Below are positions 48,669 to 59,407 of a stretch of 64,000 nt of DNA, piece after piece. The stretch is from an uncultured Alphaproteobacteria bacterium (GTDB lineage Bacteria; Pseudomonadota; Alphaproteobacteria; Rhodobacterales; Rhodobacteraceae): contig CACDWF010000004.1 of NCBI GenBank assembly GCA_902556405.1, forward strand, positions 19,519 to 83,518. The letters run 5' to 3'. The number at the start of each line of letters is the position of its first letter. Position 1 is the stretch's first letter. The notes beneath the pieces were generated by a model, which searched no databases, was not told the DNA's origin, and was given only the letters and a program-made list of their open reading frames with translations. Both the position numbers and the translations under genes were made by a program.

Positions 48669-50152
48669 AACTTTTGAAAAGAATAGGAATTATCGATATT
48701 GGTTCTAATTCCATTAGATTAGTGGTCTTTGACGGTCCTAAGCGTTCACCATTGTATTTATACAATGAAAAGGTTTTCTTTAGGCTGGGAATGCGATCTT
48801 TTGGAGGAAAGCCCTTTGACTCTGAGACAATTGAGACAGTGTCGGATATAATTAACAGATATGTCTCTATTTGTTGGAATATGGAAATCAGTAAAATTAT
48901 AATGTTTGGTACGTCTGCACTGAGAGAGGCGAGTAACTCCGCTACTTTAGTTGATCTTATTCGAAAAAAGACAGACATCGGTGTTGAAGTAATATCTGGA
49001 GAGAAGGAGGCTCTTTACGCAGCTCAGGGTATTTTATTAGGGTTTCCAAATGCTGAAGGGGTAATATGTGACCTCGGTGGTAATTCAGTAGAGTTTGCCA
49101 ATATTTGTAAAAATGTGATTACCGAATGTAAATCCGCTTTGTTAGGTCCTCTTGCAATAACGAAATTGGGAAGAAAATTTGAGAATTTAGATAGTTATAT
49201 GCGCAAACAGCTGTTGAGTGTTATCGATGCTAATATAAACAAAGACAAACCATTTTTTTTAATTGGAGGATCTTGGAGGGCGATAGCAAAAATACATATG
49301 CAGAGGATCAAGTATCCACTAAAGATAATCCAAGGATATAAAGTTAAGAGTAAAAAACTAAAAAAGACTTTGAAATTTATTCAAGATAGTTCATCTCTCA
49401 CTAGACGTGACGAAACGAATATTTCTTCAGAGAGGTTGGAGCTTTTGCCGCACTCTGCTCGATTGTTGGAAATTATTATTGATGAGCTTCAGATAAAGGA
49501 GCTCACATTTTCATCTTTTGGTGTGAGAGAGGGATTGATATACCAGAATCTCAATGAGATAGAGAAGAAAAAGGATCCATTAATTGAGGCTGCAAAATTT
49601 TTTGAAAAAAAAGAAGCAAGGTTTCCTAAAATGTCTAAACATACTTTCAACTGGATTTCACCCTTATATGAGCACCTTCCCCGTAAAACGAAAAGGGTTA
49701 TTTTAGCTGCGACTAAATTACATGATGTTGCATGGATCGCACATCCCGATTATAAAACGGAAATGTGCTTAGAGATAGTTACTCGTTCAAATATTAGCGG
49801 TCTAAGTCATAAAGAAAGAGTATTCTTGGCATTGATACTTTTGTTCAGACATAAGGCAAAACCAGAAAAGGTTTTCAATAGCAAATTATTCAAAATTGTG
49901 CCTCTTAAGAAGAGAAAAATCGCTCTTGTAATAGGTAAGGGATTGAGGTTGGCTTCAACTTTCTTTGGTGAAAAAAATCTTTTTGATAAAATTGACTTTA
50001 AGCTAAGAGAACATGGCGTGGAATTATACTTTCAATCAAAAATAGACTTTATTAACGGTGAGATTGTAGAAAGACGGATTCAAGAATTGAATAAAGCATT
50101 GAATTCATGTTTCACTGTAAACAAAGAAAAAAGAAGCTACTTAAATAGTTGA
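48665..50152 (+). CDS. ppx: Exopolyphosphatase (Ppx/GppA family)
   Basis: [18 protein letters not shown]-fold N-terminus. TTG start overlaps the ppk stop by 4 nt. Confidence 0.88.
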   Translation: MKLLKRIGIIDIGSNSIRLVVFDGPKRSPLYLYNEKVFFRLGMRSFGGKPFDSETIETVSDIINRYVSICWNMEISKIIMFGTSALREASNSATLVDLIRKKTDIGVEVISGEKEALYAAQGILLGFPNAEGVICDLGGNSVEFANICKNVITECKSALLGPLAITKLGRKFENLDSYMRKQLLSVIDANINKDKPFFLIGGSWRAIAKIHMQRIKYPLKIIQGYKVKSKKLKKTLKFIQDSSSLTRRDETNISSERLELLPHSARLLEIIIDELQIKELTFSSFGVREGLIYQNLNEIEKKKDPLIEAAKFFEKKEARFPKMSKHTFNWISPLYEHLPRKTKRVILAATKLHDVAWIAHPDYKTEMCLEIVTRSNISGLSHKERVFLALILLFRHKAKPEKVFNSKLFKIVPLKKRKIALVIGKGLRLASTFFGEKNLFDKIDFKLREHGVELYFQSKIDFINGEIVERRIQELNKALNSCFTVNKEKRSYLNS

Positions 50153-50162
50153 GGAGAATGAA

Positions 50163-51509
50163 ATGAAACTCAGCCAATATTTTTTGCCAGTTTTAAAAGA
50201 AATTCCAGCAGAAGCAAAAATAATTAGTCATCAGCTCATGTTGCGCTGTGGAATGATTAAACAGACAGCGGCTGGCATATATTCGTGGCTACCACTAGGC
50301 TTTAAAGTTCTTAAAAAAATTGAAGAAATTGTGCATGATGAGCAGATAAAAGCAGGGCATATACCCATGTTAATGCCAACAATTCAACCATCCGAATTAT
50401 GGCAGGAAAGTGGGAGATATGATGACTATGGAAAGGAAATGCTGAGAATTAAAGATCGACAGGATCGTAGTTACTTATATGGTCCTACCAATGAAGAATT
50501 AATCACAGACATATTTAGGTCTAATGTATCTTCCTATAAGGACCTTCCTCTCACACTATACCACATTCAGTGGAAATTCCGGGATGAATTAAGACCGAGG
50601 TTTGGTGTGATGAGAGGAAGAGAGTTTTACATGAAAGATGGCTATAATTTTGATTTGAACGAAAAGGAAGCCATTAATGCATATAATAGACATTTCGTAA
50701 GCTATTTAAGAACATTTAATAGGATGGGATTACAGGCTATACCTATGAGGGCAGAGACTGGGCCCATTGGAGGTAACTATAGTCATGAGTTCTTGGTCTT
50801 GGCGAATACCGGAGAAAGCAAAGTTTTTTTTGATAAAACCTTGCTTGACCTGGATACAGGTCAGGGAAAACTCGACTACTATCAGAATAACGAAATTGAA
50901 AAAATTGTGGAAAGATTGACCAAACCTTATGCTAGAACTGAGGATACTCATGATGAAAATCTCTTCCTAGAGGTTCCAGAAGATCGTCGGATAGAAAGTA
51001 AAGCGATTGAGGTAGGACAAATATTTTATTTTGGTACTAAATATTCAGAGCCGATGAAAGCATTTGTTGTCAGCCCCGATGGCAAAAGAGTGCCTGTACA
51101 TATGGGAAGCCACGGAATAGGGGTTTCTCGATTAGTAGGGGCAATTATCGAAGCAAGCCACGATGAGAAAGGTATTATTTGGCCAGAACCAGTTGCTCCC
51201 TTTTTTGCTGGCCTTATAAATTTAAATTACAGAGACGAAGAATGTATCAAAGTTTGTGATCAAGTTTATGAAAAACTAGGTTCCAATGGAATCGAGATTT
51301 TATATGATGATACAGACGAAAGACCGGGGTCTAAATTTGCAAAAATGGACTTAATAGGGCTGCCGTGGCAAATTGTAGTTGGTCCGAAGGGTATTAAAGA
51401 AGGGAAAGTAGAGCTTGTACATAGAAGAACCGGGGAGACAACTCTATTACTTTTGGGAGAGTTATTAGAAAAAATCTCTACTGCTTATAAAGCCCTGGTA
51501 GAAGTCTAG
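50163..51509 (+). CDS. proS: Proline--tRNA ligase (short form without the large editing insertion)
   Basis: Class II motifs ([21 protein letters not shown]; GIGVSRL); 448 aa. Confidence 0.92.
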   Translation: MKLSQYFLPVLKEIPAEAKIISHQLMLRCGMIKQTAAGIYSWLPLGFKVLKKIEEIVHDEQIKAGHIPMLMPTIQPSELWQESGRYDDYGKEMLRIKDRQDRSYLYGPTNEELITDIFRSNVSSYKDLPLTLYHIQWKFRDELRPRFGVMRGREFYMKDGYNFDLNEKEAINAYNRHFVSYLRTFNRMGLQAIPMRAETGPIGGNYSHEFLVLANTGESKVFFDKTLLDLDTGQGKLDYYQNNEIEKIVERLTKPYARTEDTHDENLFLEVPEDRRIESKAIEVGQIFYFGTKYSEPMKAFVVSPDGKRVPVHMGSHGIGVSRLVGAIIEASHDEKGIIWPEPVAPFFAGLINLNYRDEECIKVCDQVYEKLGSNGIEILYDDTDERPGSKFAKMDLIGLPWQIVVGPKGIKEGKVELVHRRTGETTLLLLGELLEKISTAYKALVEV

Positions 51510-51516
51510 TATCAGA

Positions 51517-52788
51517 ATGGCTATTTTTAAAAAATATGAGTTCATAATTGCATGGCGTTATCTAATGTCAAAAAGAAGGGAAGGCGGTATATCCATAATA
51601 GCGTGGTACGCCCTAATAGGTGTGGTTTTGGGAGTAGCAACCTTAGTTATAGTCCAGGCGGTCATGATTGGCTTTAGAACAGAATTTGTAGAAAAGATTG
51701 TTGGGGCTAATTCGCATCTCGCAATTTACAAAAAGACTCTAACCACCGACCTTGATGAGGGATTTAACTTTGACGAAATACGAGCTATCATACAAGACTT
51801 GAAGGATAAAAAGAATTTCAAAGCAGCGTATCCTCTCGTCAAGGATCAAGTTCTAGCCAGTAAAAATAATATCAGCACTGGGGTAGAAGTTTATGGTATT
51901 GGCAGAAGCGATTTAGCAAATATAGGGTTAGTAAATGAGCCAATCACTTCCGAGGGCAGTATGGAAAATCTTAACGAGGGAGTAGCTATAGGAGCTCAAC
52001 TCGCTAGAAAACTGAATATATCTATTAATAATACAATTAAACTAATAAGTCCGAATGGAGCAAAATCAGTTTTTGGAACTATTCCAAGGGTAAATGTGTA
52101 TAAAGTAAAATACATATTTTCAGTTGGCCGATATGATATAGACAGTACGAGAATCTATATGCCGATAAAAGATGCTCAAGTATTTTTCAATAGAGAGAAT
52201 AAGGCTGACTTAATCGAAGTAATTTTGGAAAACCCATTTGATGTTGATGAATTCAAAAAAAATATTGCAGATGAGTTAGGAGAAAGATATTTTCTTTGGT
52301 CTTGGAAAGAGAGAACAGCGTCTTTCTTAGATGCTCTAGATTTGGAACGTCGAGTAATGTTCATAATTCTGTCGCTTATAGTGTTGATTGCCGCTATGAA
52401 TATTATTTCTGGGCTTGTAATGCTAGTTAAGAATAAAGGTAGAGATATCGGAATACTTCGGTCTATTGGGTTAACAAGATCATCAATTTTAAGAATATTT
52501 TTTATCTGTGGTAGTTTAATTGGAGTGTCTGGAACGATCTTAGGTGTCATTATCGGGATGCTATTTGTAACTTACATAAATGAAATACAATGGTTTGTTG
52601 AGTACATAATTGGATCCTCAGTTTGGAATGAAGAAATAAGGTTTCTAGCTCAAGTGCCAGCAAGGCTAAGAATAGAAGATGTAGTTTTTGCATTGTCGGT
52701 CTCTTTGTCCATCTCCTTTGTAATAACAATTTTTCCTGCCAGAAAAGCAGCGAATTTGGATCCTGCAGAGGCTTTGAAGTATGAATGA
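51517..52788 (+). CDS. lolC: Lipoprotein-releasing system transmembrane subunit (LolC/LolE family)
   Basis: FIIAWRYL N-terminus, MacB-like periplasmic domain and a C-terminal FtsX domain; followed by lolD. Confidence 0.85.
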   Translation: MAIFKKYEFIIAWRYLMSKRREGGISIIAWYALIGVVLGVATLVIVQAVMIGFRTEFVEKIVGANSHLAIYKKTLTTDLDEGFNFDEIRAIIQDLKDKKNFKAAYPLVKDQVLASKNNISTGVEVYGIGRSDLANIGLVNEPITSEGSMENLNEGVAIGAQLARKLNISINNTIKLISPNGAKSVFGTIPRVNVYKVKYIFSVGRYDIDSTRIYMPIKDAQVFFNRENKADLIEVILENPFDVDEFKKNIADELGERYFLWSWKERTASFLDALDLERRVMFIILSLIVLIAAMNIISGLVMLVKNKGRDIGILRSIGLTRSSILRIFFICGSLIGVSGTILGVIIGMLFVTYINEIQWFVEYIIGSSVWNEEIRFLAQVPARLRIEDVVFALSVSLSISFVITIFPARKAANLDPAEALKYE

Positions 52789-53467
52789 TATTGTTTTGAG
52801 GTTGCACAAAGTTACAAAGACCTATGGTGGAAACGGTAATATACCACTGGTTGAAATATTTAAGGGATTGGACTTTAAAGTTAAGAGAAATGAAGTTGTA
52901 GGCCTTTTTTCTCCATCAGGTTCAGGAAAAACCACTTTTCTTCAAATTGCAGGCTTATTAGATAGTAAGTGCTCCGGTGATATTTATATTAATGGCTCAA
53001 AAGTAAACCCTAAAAATGACTTTCAAACATCAATGATTAGAAGAAAAAACATTGGGTTTGTTTTTCAGTTTCATCACCTCATTCAAGAATTTTCAGCATT
53101 AGAGAATATTATTCTCCCGCTACTTTTTGATGGTACATCGAAAAAAATTGCAGTTAAAAAAGGCCAACATCTACTAGAGAAGGTAGGGTTAGGTAAACGG
53201 ATGGATAACCGACCAGCTGAATTATCGGGTGGTGAGCAACAAAGGGTCGCAATATGTAGAGCAATTATAAATGAACCTGCCTTACTATTAGCAGATGAAC
53301 CAACAGGGAATCTTGATCAGTCAACCACTTCAAAAGTTATGACTTTTTTAATAGAACTAATAAAAGAACATAGTATTTCAGCAATTATTGCTTCCCATAA
53401 CCCAATTATTTCACAAATAGTGGACAAAAATGCAAAAATTGAAAGCGGAAAGATAGTGTATAATTAA
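52781..53467 (+). CDS. lolD: Lipoprotein-releasing system ATP-binding protein
   Basis: Walker A SPSGSGKTT, signature LSGGEQQRVAICRA, Walker B LLLADEPTG. Confidence 0.85.
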   Translation: MNDIVLRLHKVTKTYGGNGNIPLVEIFKGLDFKVKRNEVVGLFSPSGSGKTTFLQIAGLLDSKCSGDIYINGSKVNPKNDFQTSMIRRKNIGFVFQFHHLIQEFSALENIILPLLFDGTSKKIAVKKGQHLLEKVGLGKRMDNRPAELSGGEQQRVAICRAIINEPALLLADEPTGNLDQSTTSKVMTFLIELIKEHSISAIIASHNPIISQIVDKNAKIESGKIVYN

Positions 53468-54336
53468 AGCTTGCAAATATTTTTTAATGTAAGCCATTCG
53501 TTGTCATTAAAGCTCTCCTGAAGCAATTCAGTGTTGAAGTCTGAACTGATAAATAGACCGTTTTCCTTATCAAAATTTAATTTAGTAAAACTTCCGAAAA
53601 TATAAATTAATAGAGATTTATCTTGTTGTTTAGAAAAGAATTTTTTTATTACCTTTTTGTCTTCTATAGCCTCCAGAGCAAATTTGATTGTTTCTGCTAA
53701 TACAAATGCTCCCTTCTTTTCTTCCAAGATACTGTAGGGCACAAGTAATTTTCCTCCAGGGAACAAGATACTTCTGTCTTCCTTTTGATTTATAAAAATT
53801 AGCTCAATATTACCACTCTTTGTGGAAAGGTAGTTTTTGTCTAATCTTTGAATATATTCATTGGTCTTGCTTATATCGCAATATGATACCCCAGAAATTT
53901 CACTAAACATTATGTCTCCAAGATTAATTTCTTGTTCAGTAGAGGTTATAGAGAGGGCTATTTTTTCAGTAAATATTCTGAGGTAGCCTGAAAAAAAAGT
54001 AGAATAAACAATTAATAAGATAATGATAAAAAACCATGGGAAAAATTTAGCAAAGTTCTTTCGCTTTGTCTTATTACATAAAAGTATCAAGTGGTTTACA
54101 GCATCACGGTCAAAAATATAAAGACTTTCAGTTTCCTCCAAATCTGGACAAAACATAGATTTGGATGCTTCTCTATTTTTTAAAAATATGGAGGAGTATG
54201 CCCACTGCCTTATTGGTTCTCCTTTTGTATCAAAGATATCTAAAGAAATTGAACCAAATGCAACTAACACTTCCGTGGGTTGATCAGAATTAGAGCTCCA
54301 CTTGCCTTTAACCTCGAGTTTAGAGTACCCGATCAA
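53464..54336 (-). CDS. Membrane protein homologous to M48 (Ste24/HtpX-like) peptidases but lacking the HExxH zinc site
   Basis: TTG start 1 nt after the acyl-CoA ligase stop. N-terminal soluble domain, one TM helix, then ILFPGGKLLVPYSIL and AFVLAETIKFALEA where I expect NAFALPGG and AGVLAHELGHV in M48 relatives. Confidence 0.5.
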   Translation of the reverse strand: MIGYSKLEVKGKWSSNSDQPTEVLVAFGSISLDIFDTKGEPIRQWAYSSIFLKNREASKSMFCPDLEETESLYIFDRDAVNHLILLCNKTKRKNFAKFFPWFFIIILLIVYSTFFSGYLRIFTEKIALSITSTEQEINLGDIMFSEISGVSYCDISKTNEYIQRLDKNYLSTKSGNIELIFINQKEDRSILFPGGKLLVPYSILEEKKGAFVLAETIKFALEAIEDKKVIKKFFSKQQDKSLLIYIFGSFTKLNFDKENGLFISSDFNTELLQESFNDNEWLTLKNICKL

Positions 54337-54337
54337 T

Positions 54338-55969
54338 CTATCTTAAATCCGGATGCTTATAATCCAGATTTGCTACTAATTTTCTAAGTTCTAGTTTTGA
54401 AATTTTACCAGTTGCTGTGTGTGGGATTTCATCTACAAAAATCACATCGTCTGGTTTCTGCCACTTAGCTACCCGTTCCGATACATGGCTAATAATACTA
54501 TTCTTATCGGTATCTTTTCCGTCATTCGTCACTATTACCAAGACAGGTCGTTCATCCCATTTAGGATGAGGAACTCCGATTGCCGCTGCTTCAGCAACAT
54601 CAGAATGACCAACTGCTGCATTTTCTAAGTCAATGGATGAGATCCATTCTCCACCTGATTTAATTACATCTTTTGATCTATCTGTAATTCGCATGTACCC
54701 ATTTTTATCAATGGTCGCAACATCTCCCGTATTAAACCAATTAGCACTGTCAACGGCTAATTCATCCATTTTGAGATATCTTTTAACAACTGCAGCTCCC
54801 CTACAATAAAGATCACCTTGAGTGCTTCCATCCCATTCTATTTCTTTACCATCATCATCGACAATTTTCAGATCCACGCCGAAAGGAGGGTGCCCGGTTG
54901 TTTCTTGTATGTCGAGCTTATCACTTTCGTTTAAACTTTCTATTTCCGGTTTGAATGAACAGATAGTACCGAGTGGAGAGAGTTCTGTCATTCCCCAAGC
55001 GTGTAGCACTCTTACCCCATATTTATTTTGGAAATCTTCAATTACACTTCTCGGACAAGACGAGCCTCCTATTACCACACGTTTAAGAGAGCTGAGTTCT
55101 TTTTTCTCACTTTCAAGAAAATTTAATAGTAGTAACCAAACTGTTGGTACCGCTGCAGTAATTGTTACACCTTTCTCAAGCATATCATAAAGAGAAGATG
55201 GGCTTAAATCGCCACCAGGAAAAACGATAGAAGATCCCACCAATGGTGCTGTGTAGGCTATTGACCATCCATTAGCATGAAAAAGTGGAACAACTGGCAT
55301 TATTGTATCGCTACTAGATAAATTAAGCATGTCGGGGGCTGCCTGTGTGAGAGCGTGTAATGTATTAGATCGATGAGTATACACAACTCCCTTTGGGTTG
55401 CCTGTCGTTCCAGAGGTATAGCATATTCCACATGCGTCTGTTTCTTCCCCAGTAATCCACTCAAAATTTTCACTTCCCATTGACAGAAGTTCTTCGTATG
55501 AAATCACTTCTGAAAACTCAGTAGAAGGCAAATTTTCTTTGGAACATAGTATTATTAGTTTCTCGACGTTAGGACAGTCGTTTATTATTTTCTCGATTAT
55601 AGGTACAAGGTCTAGATCAATGATCAAGATTTTATCGTTCGCATGATTTATTATATAAATAAGCTGTTCGGAGAATAATCTTGGATTTAGGTTGTGATTA
55701 ACTGCGCCAATTCCGGGAATGCCATACCAAACCTCAAGGTGGCAATGATTATTCCACGCCATAACACCTATGACATCTCCCTTCCTAACCCCAAGCTTTT
55801 TTAAGCCGTCAGCAACCTTTTTTGAATTTCTATGGATATTTTTATAGTTTGTATCTGTAATACTTCCTTTAGTGTCTTTTGATATAATTTTTCTTTCTGG
55901 ATGGTACTTTGCAGCGTGGTCAATAATACTAGTCACTCGCAAAGGAAAATCTTGCATTAAGTTGTCCAT
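54338..55969 (-). CDS. Long/medium-chain fatty-acid--CoA ligase
   Basis: [17 protein letters not shown], and GKISK C-terminus; 543 aa; in the beta-oxidation operon. Confidence 0.85.
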   Translation of the reverse strand: MDNLMQDFPLRVTSIIDHAAKYHPERKIISKDTKGSITDTNYKNIHRNSKKVADGLKKLGVRKGDVIGVMAWNNHCHLEVWYGIPGIGAVNHNLNPRLFSEQLIYIINHANDKILIIDLDLVPIIEKIINDCPNVEKLIILCSKENLPSTEFSEVISYEELLSMGSENFEWITGEETDACGICYTSGTTGNPKGVVYTHRSNTLHALTQAAPDMLNLSSSDTIMPVVPLFHANGWSIAYTAPLVGSSIVFPGGDLSPSSLYDMLEKGVTITAAVPTVWLLLLNFLESEKKELSSLKRVVIGGSSCPRSVIEDFQNKYGVRVLHAWGMTELSPLGTICSFKPEIESLNESDKLDIQETTGHPPFGVDLKIVDDDGKEIEWDGSTQGDLYCRGAAVVKRYLKMDELAVDSANWFNTGDVATIDKNGYMRITDRSKDVIKSGGEWISSIDLENAAVGHSDVAEAAAIGVPHPKWDERPVLVIVTNDGKDTDKNSIISHVSERVAKWQKPDDVIFVDEIPHTATGKISKLELRKLVANLDYKHPDLR

Positions 55970-55991
55970 ATTTCACTCCCTAAATACTTTT

Positions 55992-58169
55992 TTAGTTATA
56001 AAACTTGCGGCCACTATTTGCTAGTTCTTTGATTATTTTTGGTGGAGTGAATCTTGCTCCATACTTACTAGATAAGTCTTTACATTGCACGACCACATTT
56101 TTATGCCCGACATTATCAAGCCAACTGAAGGGGCCACCTGCCCATATGAGACAACCCCAGCCTAAAATTCCTCCGACATCTCCTTCTTCTACACTAAGTA
56201 GAATGTTTTCTTCAAAAGCTCTTGCCGCCTCAAGTGCTTGAACATATGCAAGACGGTTTTTTACAGTTTCTGTTGGAATATCAGCAGACGTTTTTTCAAT
56301 GTTTAGATTTTTTAACCCTTCCCAGAGCGCCAAACGTCGACCTTTCTCATCATATTCATAAAACCCCGCTAGCTCTTTTCTTCCAAGTCTATTTTTTTGA
56401 GACATTTCTAACAAAATATTTTCAGTTCCAGTTTCTTCGTATTTTGCCCCTAGGGCTTCCCTTGCCTCTTTTGCAACATTTAAAGCTAACGAAACAGAGA
56501 GTTCATCAAGCAATTGCAAAGGACCAACGGGCATTCCTATTTGCTTAGCCGCGTTCTCAACAAGAGCAGGTTTAATCCCCTCACTGAGCATCCTTAATCC
56601 CTCATTTATATAAGGGATTATACAACGATTTGCATAGAATCCTCTAGAATCATTAACAACTATGGGTGTCTTTTTTATCAAACTCGTAAAATCTAAAGCA
56701 ACAGCCAACGCGGTGTCGTTTGTTCTCTCGCTCTTGATTAGCTCCACTAAATTCATTTTGTCAACTGGGCTAAAAAAATGTATGCCTATAAAACGGGTGC
56801 TGTCCGCTAATACCTCAGCCAACTTCGTTATAGGCAGAGTGGATGTATTAGATGCTAAAATAGCGCTCTCTTTTAAATGAGGTTCGATTTTGTTGTACAA
56901 GTTATGCTTGAGCTTTAAATCCTCAAAAACAGCCTCTATGACTAAATCGCTACTGGATATTTTTTCAAGTGATGAGACCGTTTTTACCTTTCCGAGGAGT
57001 CGAATTTTTTCCTCTTCCGTTAATTTTTTTCGTTTCACACTCTCATTCAAGAGCATCTCAATTTTTGTTTTTCCAGCTTCTGCACACTCAATATTTTGAT
57101 CAATAAGCAAGACTTCTAGCCCCTGCAATATAGATGCGTAAGCGATACCTGATCCCATCATACCGCTTCCAATAACACTGATTTGTTTTAAGTTTGTTTT
57201 TTCTACACCAGCGGGTCTTTGATAACCTTTTTCTAGTGCGCCCTTATTTAAGAAGAGAGTTCTAGCCATATTTGTGCATGTATCCGTCATCAATACTTTC
57301 GTAAACCAACGAGCCTCAATTCTAAGAGCGCTATCGAAGTCAACGAGCGCACCCTCATAAACTGATGAGAGCAGTGCTTTTGCTGAGAAATACAAACCTT
57401 TCGTCTTTCCGTTAACCAAAGCCGAAGCTCCAACAAATGACATGAACCCGCTAGGATGATAAGGCGCCCCGCCAGGAAATTTAAAGCCTTTTTGATCCCA
57501 TGGTTTTACTAACTCCTGAGGAGATACAGATAAGACCCAGTCCTTTGCTTTTTGGATTAATTCGTCTTCGGAAACAACTTCATCAACTAATCCAATGCTT
57601 TTTGCGTTATTACTTGTAAATAACTTCCCTTCTAATAGAACTGTTGACGCACCCATAAGCCCCATCATTCTAGGAACTCTTGTAGTGCCCCCTAAACCTG
57701 GAAAAAGACCAACGAGTATCTCTGGCAATCCTATTTTTGAGTTTTTCGATGACGATAAGAAGCGACGATGACAAGCTAATCCTATTTCCGTTCCTATTCC
57801 AGCACATATGCCACTTCCGGCAAATGCAACAGGTTTACTCTTAGTGGTGTCATCAATTCTTCCCAGTTCTATCTTTCTCAATAGACCATGTGCTTCCATT
57901 ATGTAATCAAATATCTTAGAGGCTGGATTAGAGCCGGAGTTCCGTTTTAATGCCTCTAATGTGGAAAGATCCATGCCCCCAGAAAAATCAACCTTACCTG
58001 AGGTGATTATGATACCTTTTATTTTTTCTTCGGATAATGCTTCCGTTACTAATTGTTGAAAACTTCTTAATCCATCTTCAGTCATGGTGTTCATGGACTT
58101 ATCGAGACAATTCCATGTGATTACTGCGATGTTATCTTTATCTACCTCTTTGGTAAAATCACTACCCAT
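55992..58169 (-). CDS. Multifunctional enoyl-CoA hydratase / 3-hydroxyacyl-CoA dehydrogenase (FadB/FadJ-like)
   Basis: N-terminal crotonase fold, central NAD-binding VIGSGMMGSGIAY and duplicated C-terminal HCDH domains; 725 aa. Confidence 0.88.
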   Translation of the reverse strand: MGSDFTKEVDKDNIAVITWNCLDKSMNTMTEDGLRSFQQLVTEALSEEKIKGIIITSGKVDFSGGMDLSTLEALKRNSGSNPASKIFDYIMEAHGLLRKIELGRIDDTTKSKPVAFAGSGICAGIGTEIGLACHRRFLSSSKNSKIGLPEILVGLFPGLGGTTRVPRMMGLMGASTVLLEGKLFTSNNAKSIGLVDEVVSEDELIQKAKDWVLSVSPQELVKPWDQKGFKFPGGAPYHPSGFMSFVGASALVNGKTKGLYFSAKALLSSVYEGALVDFDSALRIEARWFTKVLMTDTCTNMARTLFLNKGALEKGYQRPAGVEKTNLKQISVIGSGMMGSGIAYASILQGLEVLLIDQNIECAEAGKTKIEMLLNESVKRKKLTEEEKIRLLGKVKTVSSLEKISSSDLVIEAVFEDLKLKHNLYNKIEPHLKESAILASNTSTLPITKLAEVLADSTRFIGIHFFSPVDKMNLVELIKSERTNDTALAVALDFTSLIKKTPIVVNDSRGFYANRCIIPYINEGLRMLSEGIKPALVENAAKQIGMPVGPLQLLDELSVSLALNVAKEAREALGAKYEETGTENILLEMSQKNRLGRKELAGFYEYDEKGRRLALWEGLKNLNIEKTSADIPTETVKNRLAYVQALEAARAFEENILLSVEEGDVGGILGWGCLIWAGGPFSWLDNVGHKNVVVQCKDLSSKYGARFTPPKIIKELANSGRKFYN

Positions 58170-58181
58170 AATTTTTCCTTA

Positions 58182-59390
58182 CTACACTTTCTCTATTATT
58201 GTTGAAGCACCCATTCCAGATGCGACGCACAACGTAGTAAGTGCTATCGACTTTCCGGTTCTTTCTAGTTCATCTAACGCGGTTCCCAAAAGCATCGCCC
58301 CCGTGGCCCCTAGAGGATGGCCCATAGCGATAGCACCACCGTTTACATTAAGCTTTCCATGTTCCACACCAAAATGTTCCATAAACGAGAGTGGTACAGA
58401 GGCGAATGCTTCATTTACTTCAAATAAGTCTATGTCTTTTATGCTCATTCCACTTAGCTTAAGGACCCTTTCAGTTGCAGGAAGGGGTCCCGTAAGCATA
58501 ATTGTAGGGTCCGTTCCAATTTTTGAAGTTGCCACAATTCGTGCTCGAGGCTTTAATTCGTTTTTTTCGCCAAATTGTTTGTTTCCAATTAAAACAGCTG
58601 CTGCTCCGTCAACAATACCACTTGAGTTACCTGCATGATGCACATGATTGATTTTCTCAAACTCGGGGTATTTCAATAGCGCCACAGCATCGAAACCTGG
58701 CATTACCTCTCCCATATTTTTAAAGCTAGGCTCTAATCCACCCAAAGATTGCATTGAAGTTTCGGGCCGAATATACTCATCCTCATCCAATATGGTCAAA
58801 TTGTTTTGATCTTTTATTGGTGCGATCGACTTTTTGAAATGTCCAGATTGCCTTGCAGCTGCAGCTCTTTTTTGACTCTCTACTGCAAAGGCATCAACAT
58901 CATCTCTGGAAAATCCATATTTTGTGGCTAAAATGTCGGCTGAAATACCCTGTGGAACAAAGTATGAATTCATTGCCAAAGTCGGATCAACTGCAATAGC
59001 CGCGCCATCTGATCCCATGGGTACACGACTCATCATTTCCACTCCTCCAGCAACGTAGCCGTTACCAGCAGACCCCTTCACTTGGTTTGTAGCTAGGTTT
59101 ACGGCTTCTAACCCGCTCGCACAAAATCTGTTTATAGATAATCCAGGAGTGGACTCACTATAGTTGGCAGCAATAACAGCGGATCTTGCCAAACAGCCTC
59201 CCTGTTCACCAACTTGTGTAACATTACCCCAAATGACGTCTTCTATTTCTTCGGTATTTAGACTATTTCTTTCACGCAGTTCTTTCAAAATCTTTGCAGA
59301 AAGAGCAACCGCAGTAAGCTCACTTAGCGACCCTTTTTTCCCTCTGCCTCTAGGACTCCTAACTGTATCGTAAATATATGCATCTTCCAT
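58182..59390 (-). CDS. Acetyl-CoA C-acyltransferase (thiolase)
   Basis: Active-site Cys NRFCASGLEAV, GGAIAMGHPLGATG, and C-terminal CVASGMGAS. Confidence 0.9.
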   Translation of the reverse strand: MEDAYIYDTVRSPRGRGKKGSLSELTAVALSAKILKELRERNSLNTEEIEDVIWGNVTQVGEQGGCLARSAVIAANYSESTPGLSINRFCASGLEAVNLATNQVKGSAGNGYVAGGVEMMSRVPMGSDGAAIAVDPTLAMNSYFVPQGISADILATKYGFSRDDVDAFAVESQKRAAAARQSGHFKKSIAPIKDQNNLTILDEDEYIRPETSMQSLGGLEPSFKNMGEVMPGFDAVALLKYPEFEKINHVHHAGNSSGIVDGAAAVLIGNKQFGEKNELKPRARIVATSKIGTDPTIMLTGPLPATERVLKLSGMSIKDIDLFEVNEAFASVPLSFMEHFGVEHGKLNVNGGAIAMGHPLGATGAMLLGTALDELERTGKSIALTTLCVASGMGASTIIEKV

Positions 59391-59407
59391 CTATGGATCC
59401 TTTCCAT

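Noticed and set aside
58084-58638. Long antisense ORFs in the track. Examples: 58084-58638 (184 aa), 18747-19283 (178 aa), 25940-26467 (175 aa), 6699-7202 (167 aa), 30575-30985, 41831-42208, 48571-48978, 11223-11603, 52176-52550 and 54822-55190.
   Set aside because: Each lies entirely opposite a gene with unmistakable conserved motifs (thiolase, ribD, rpoH, ACAD and others). Their translations are low-complexity and Ser/Leu/Phe/Ile-rich, with no recognisable domains. They are shadow ORFs, not overlapping genes.
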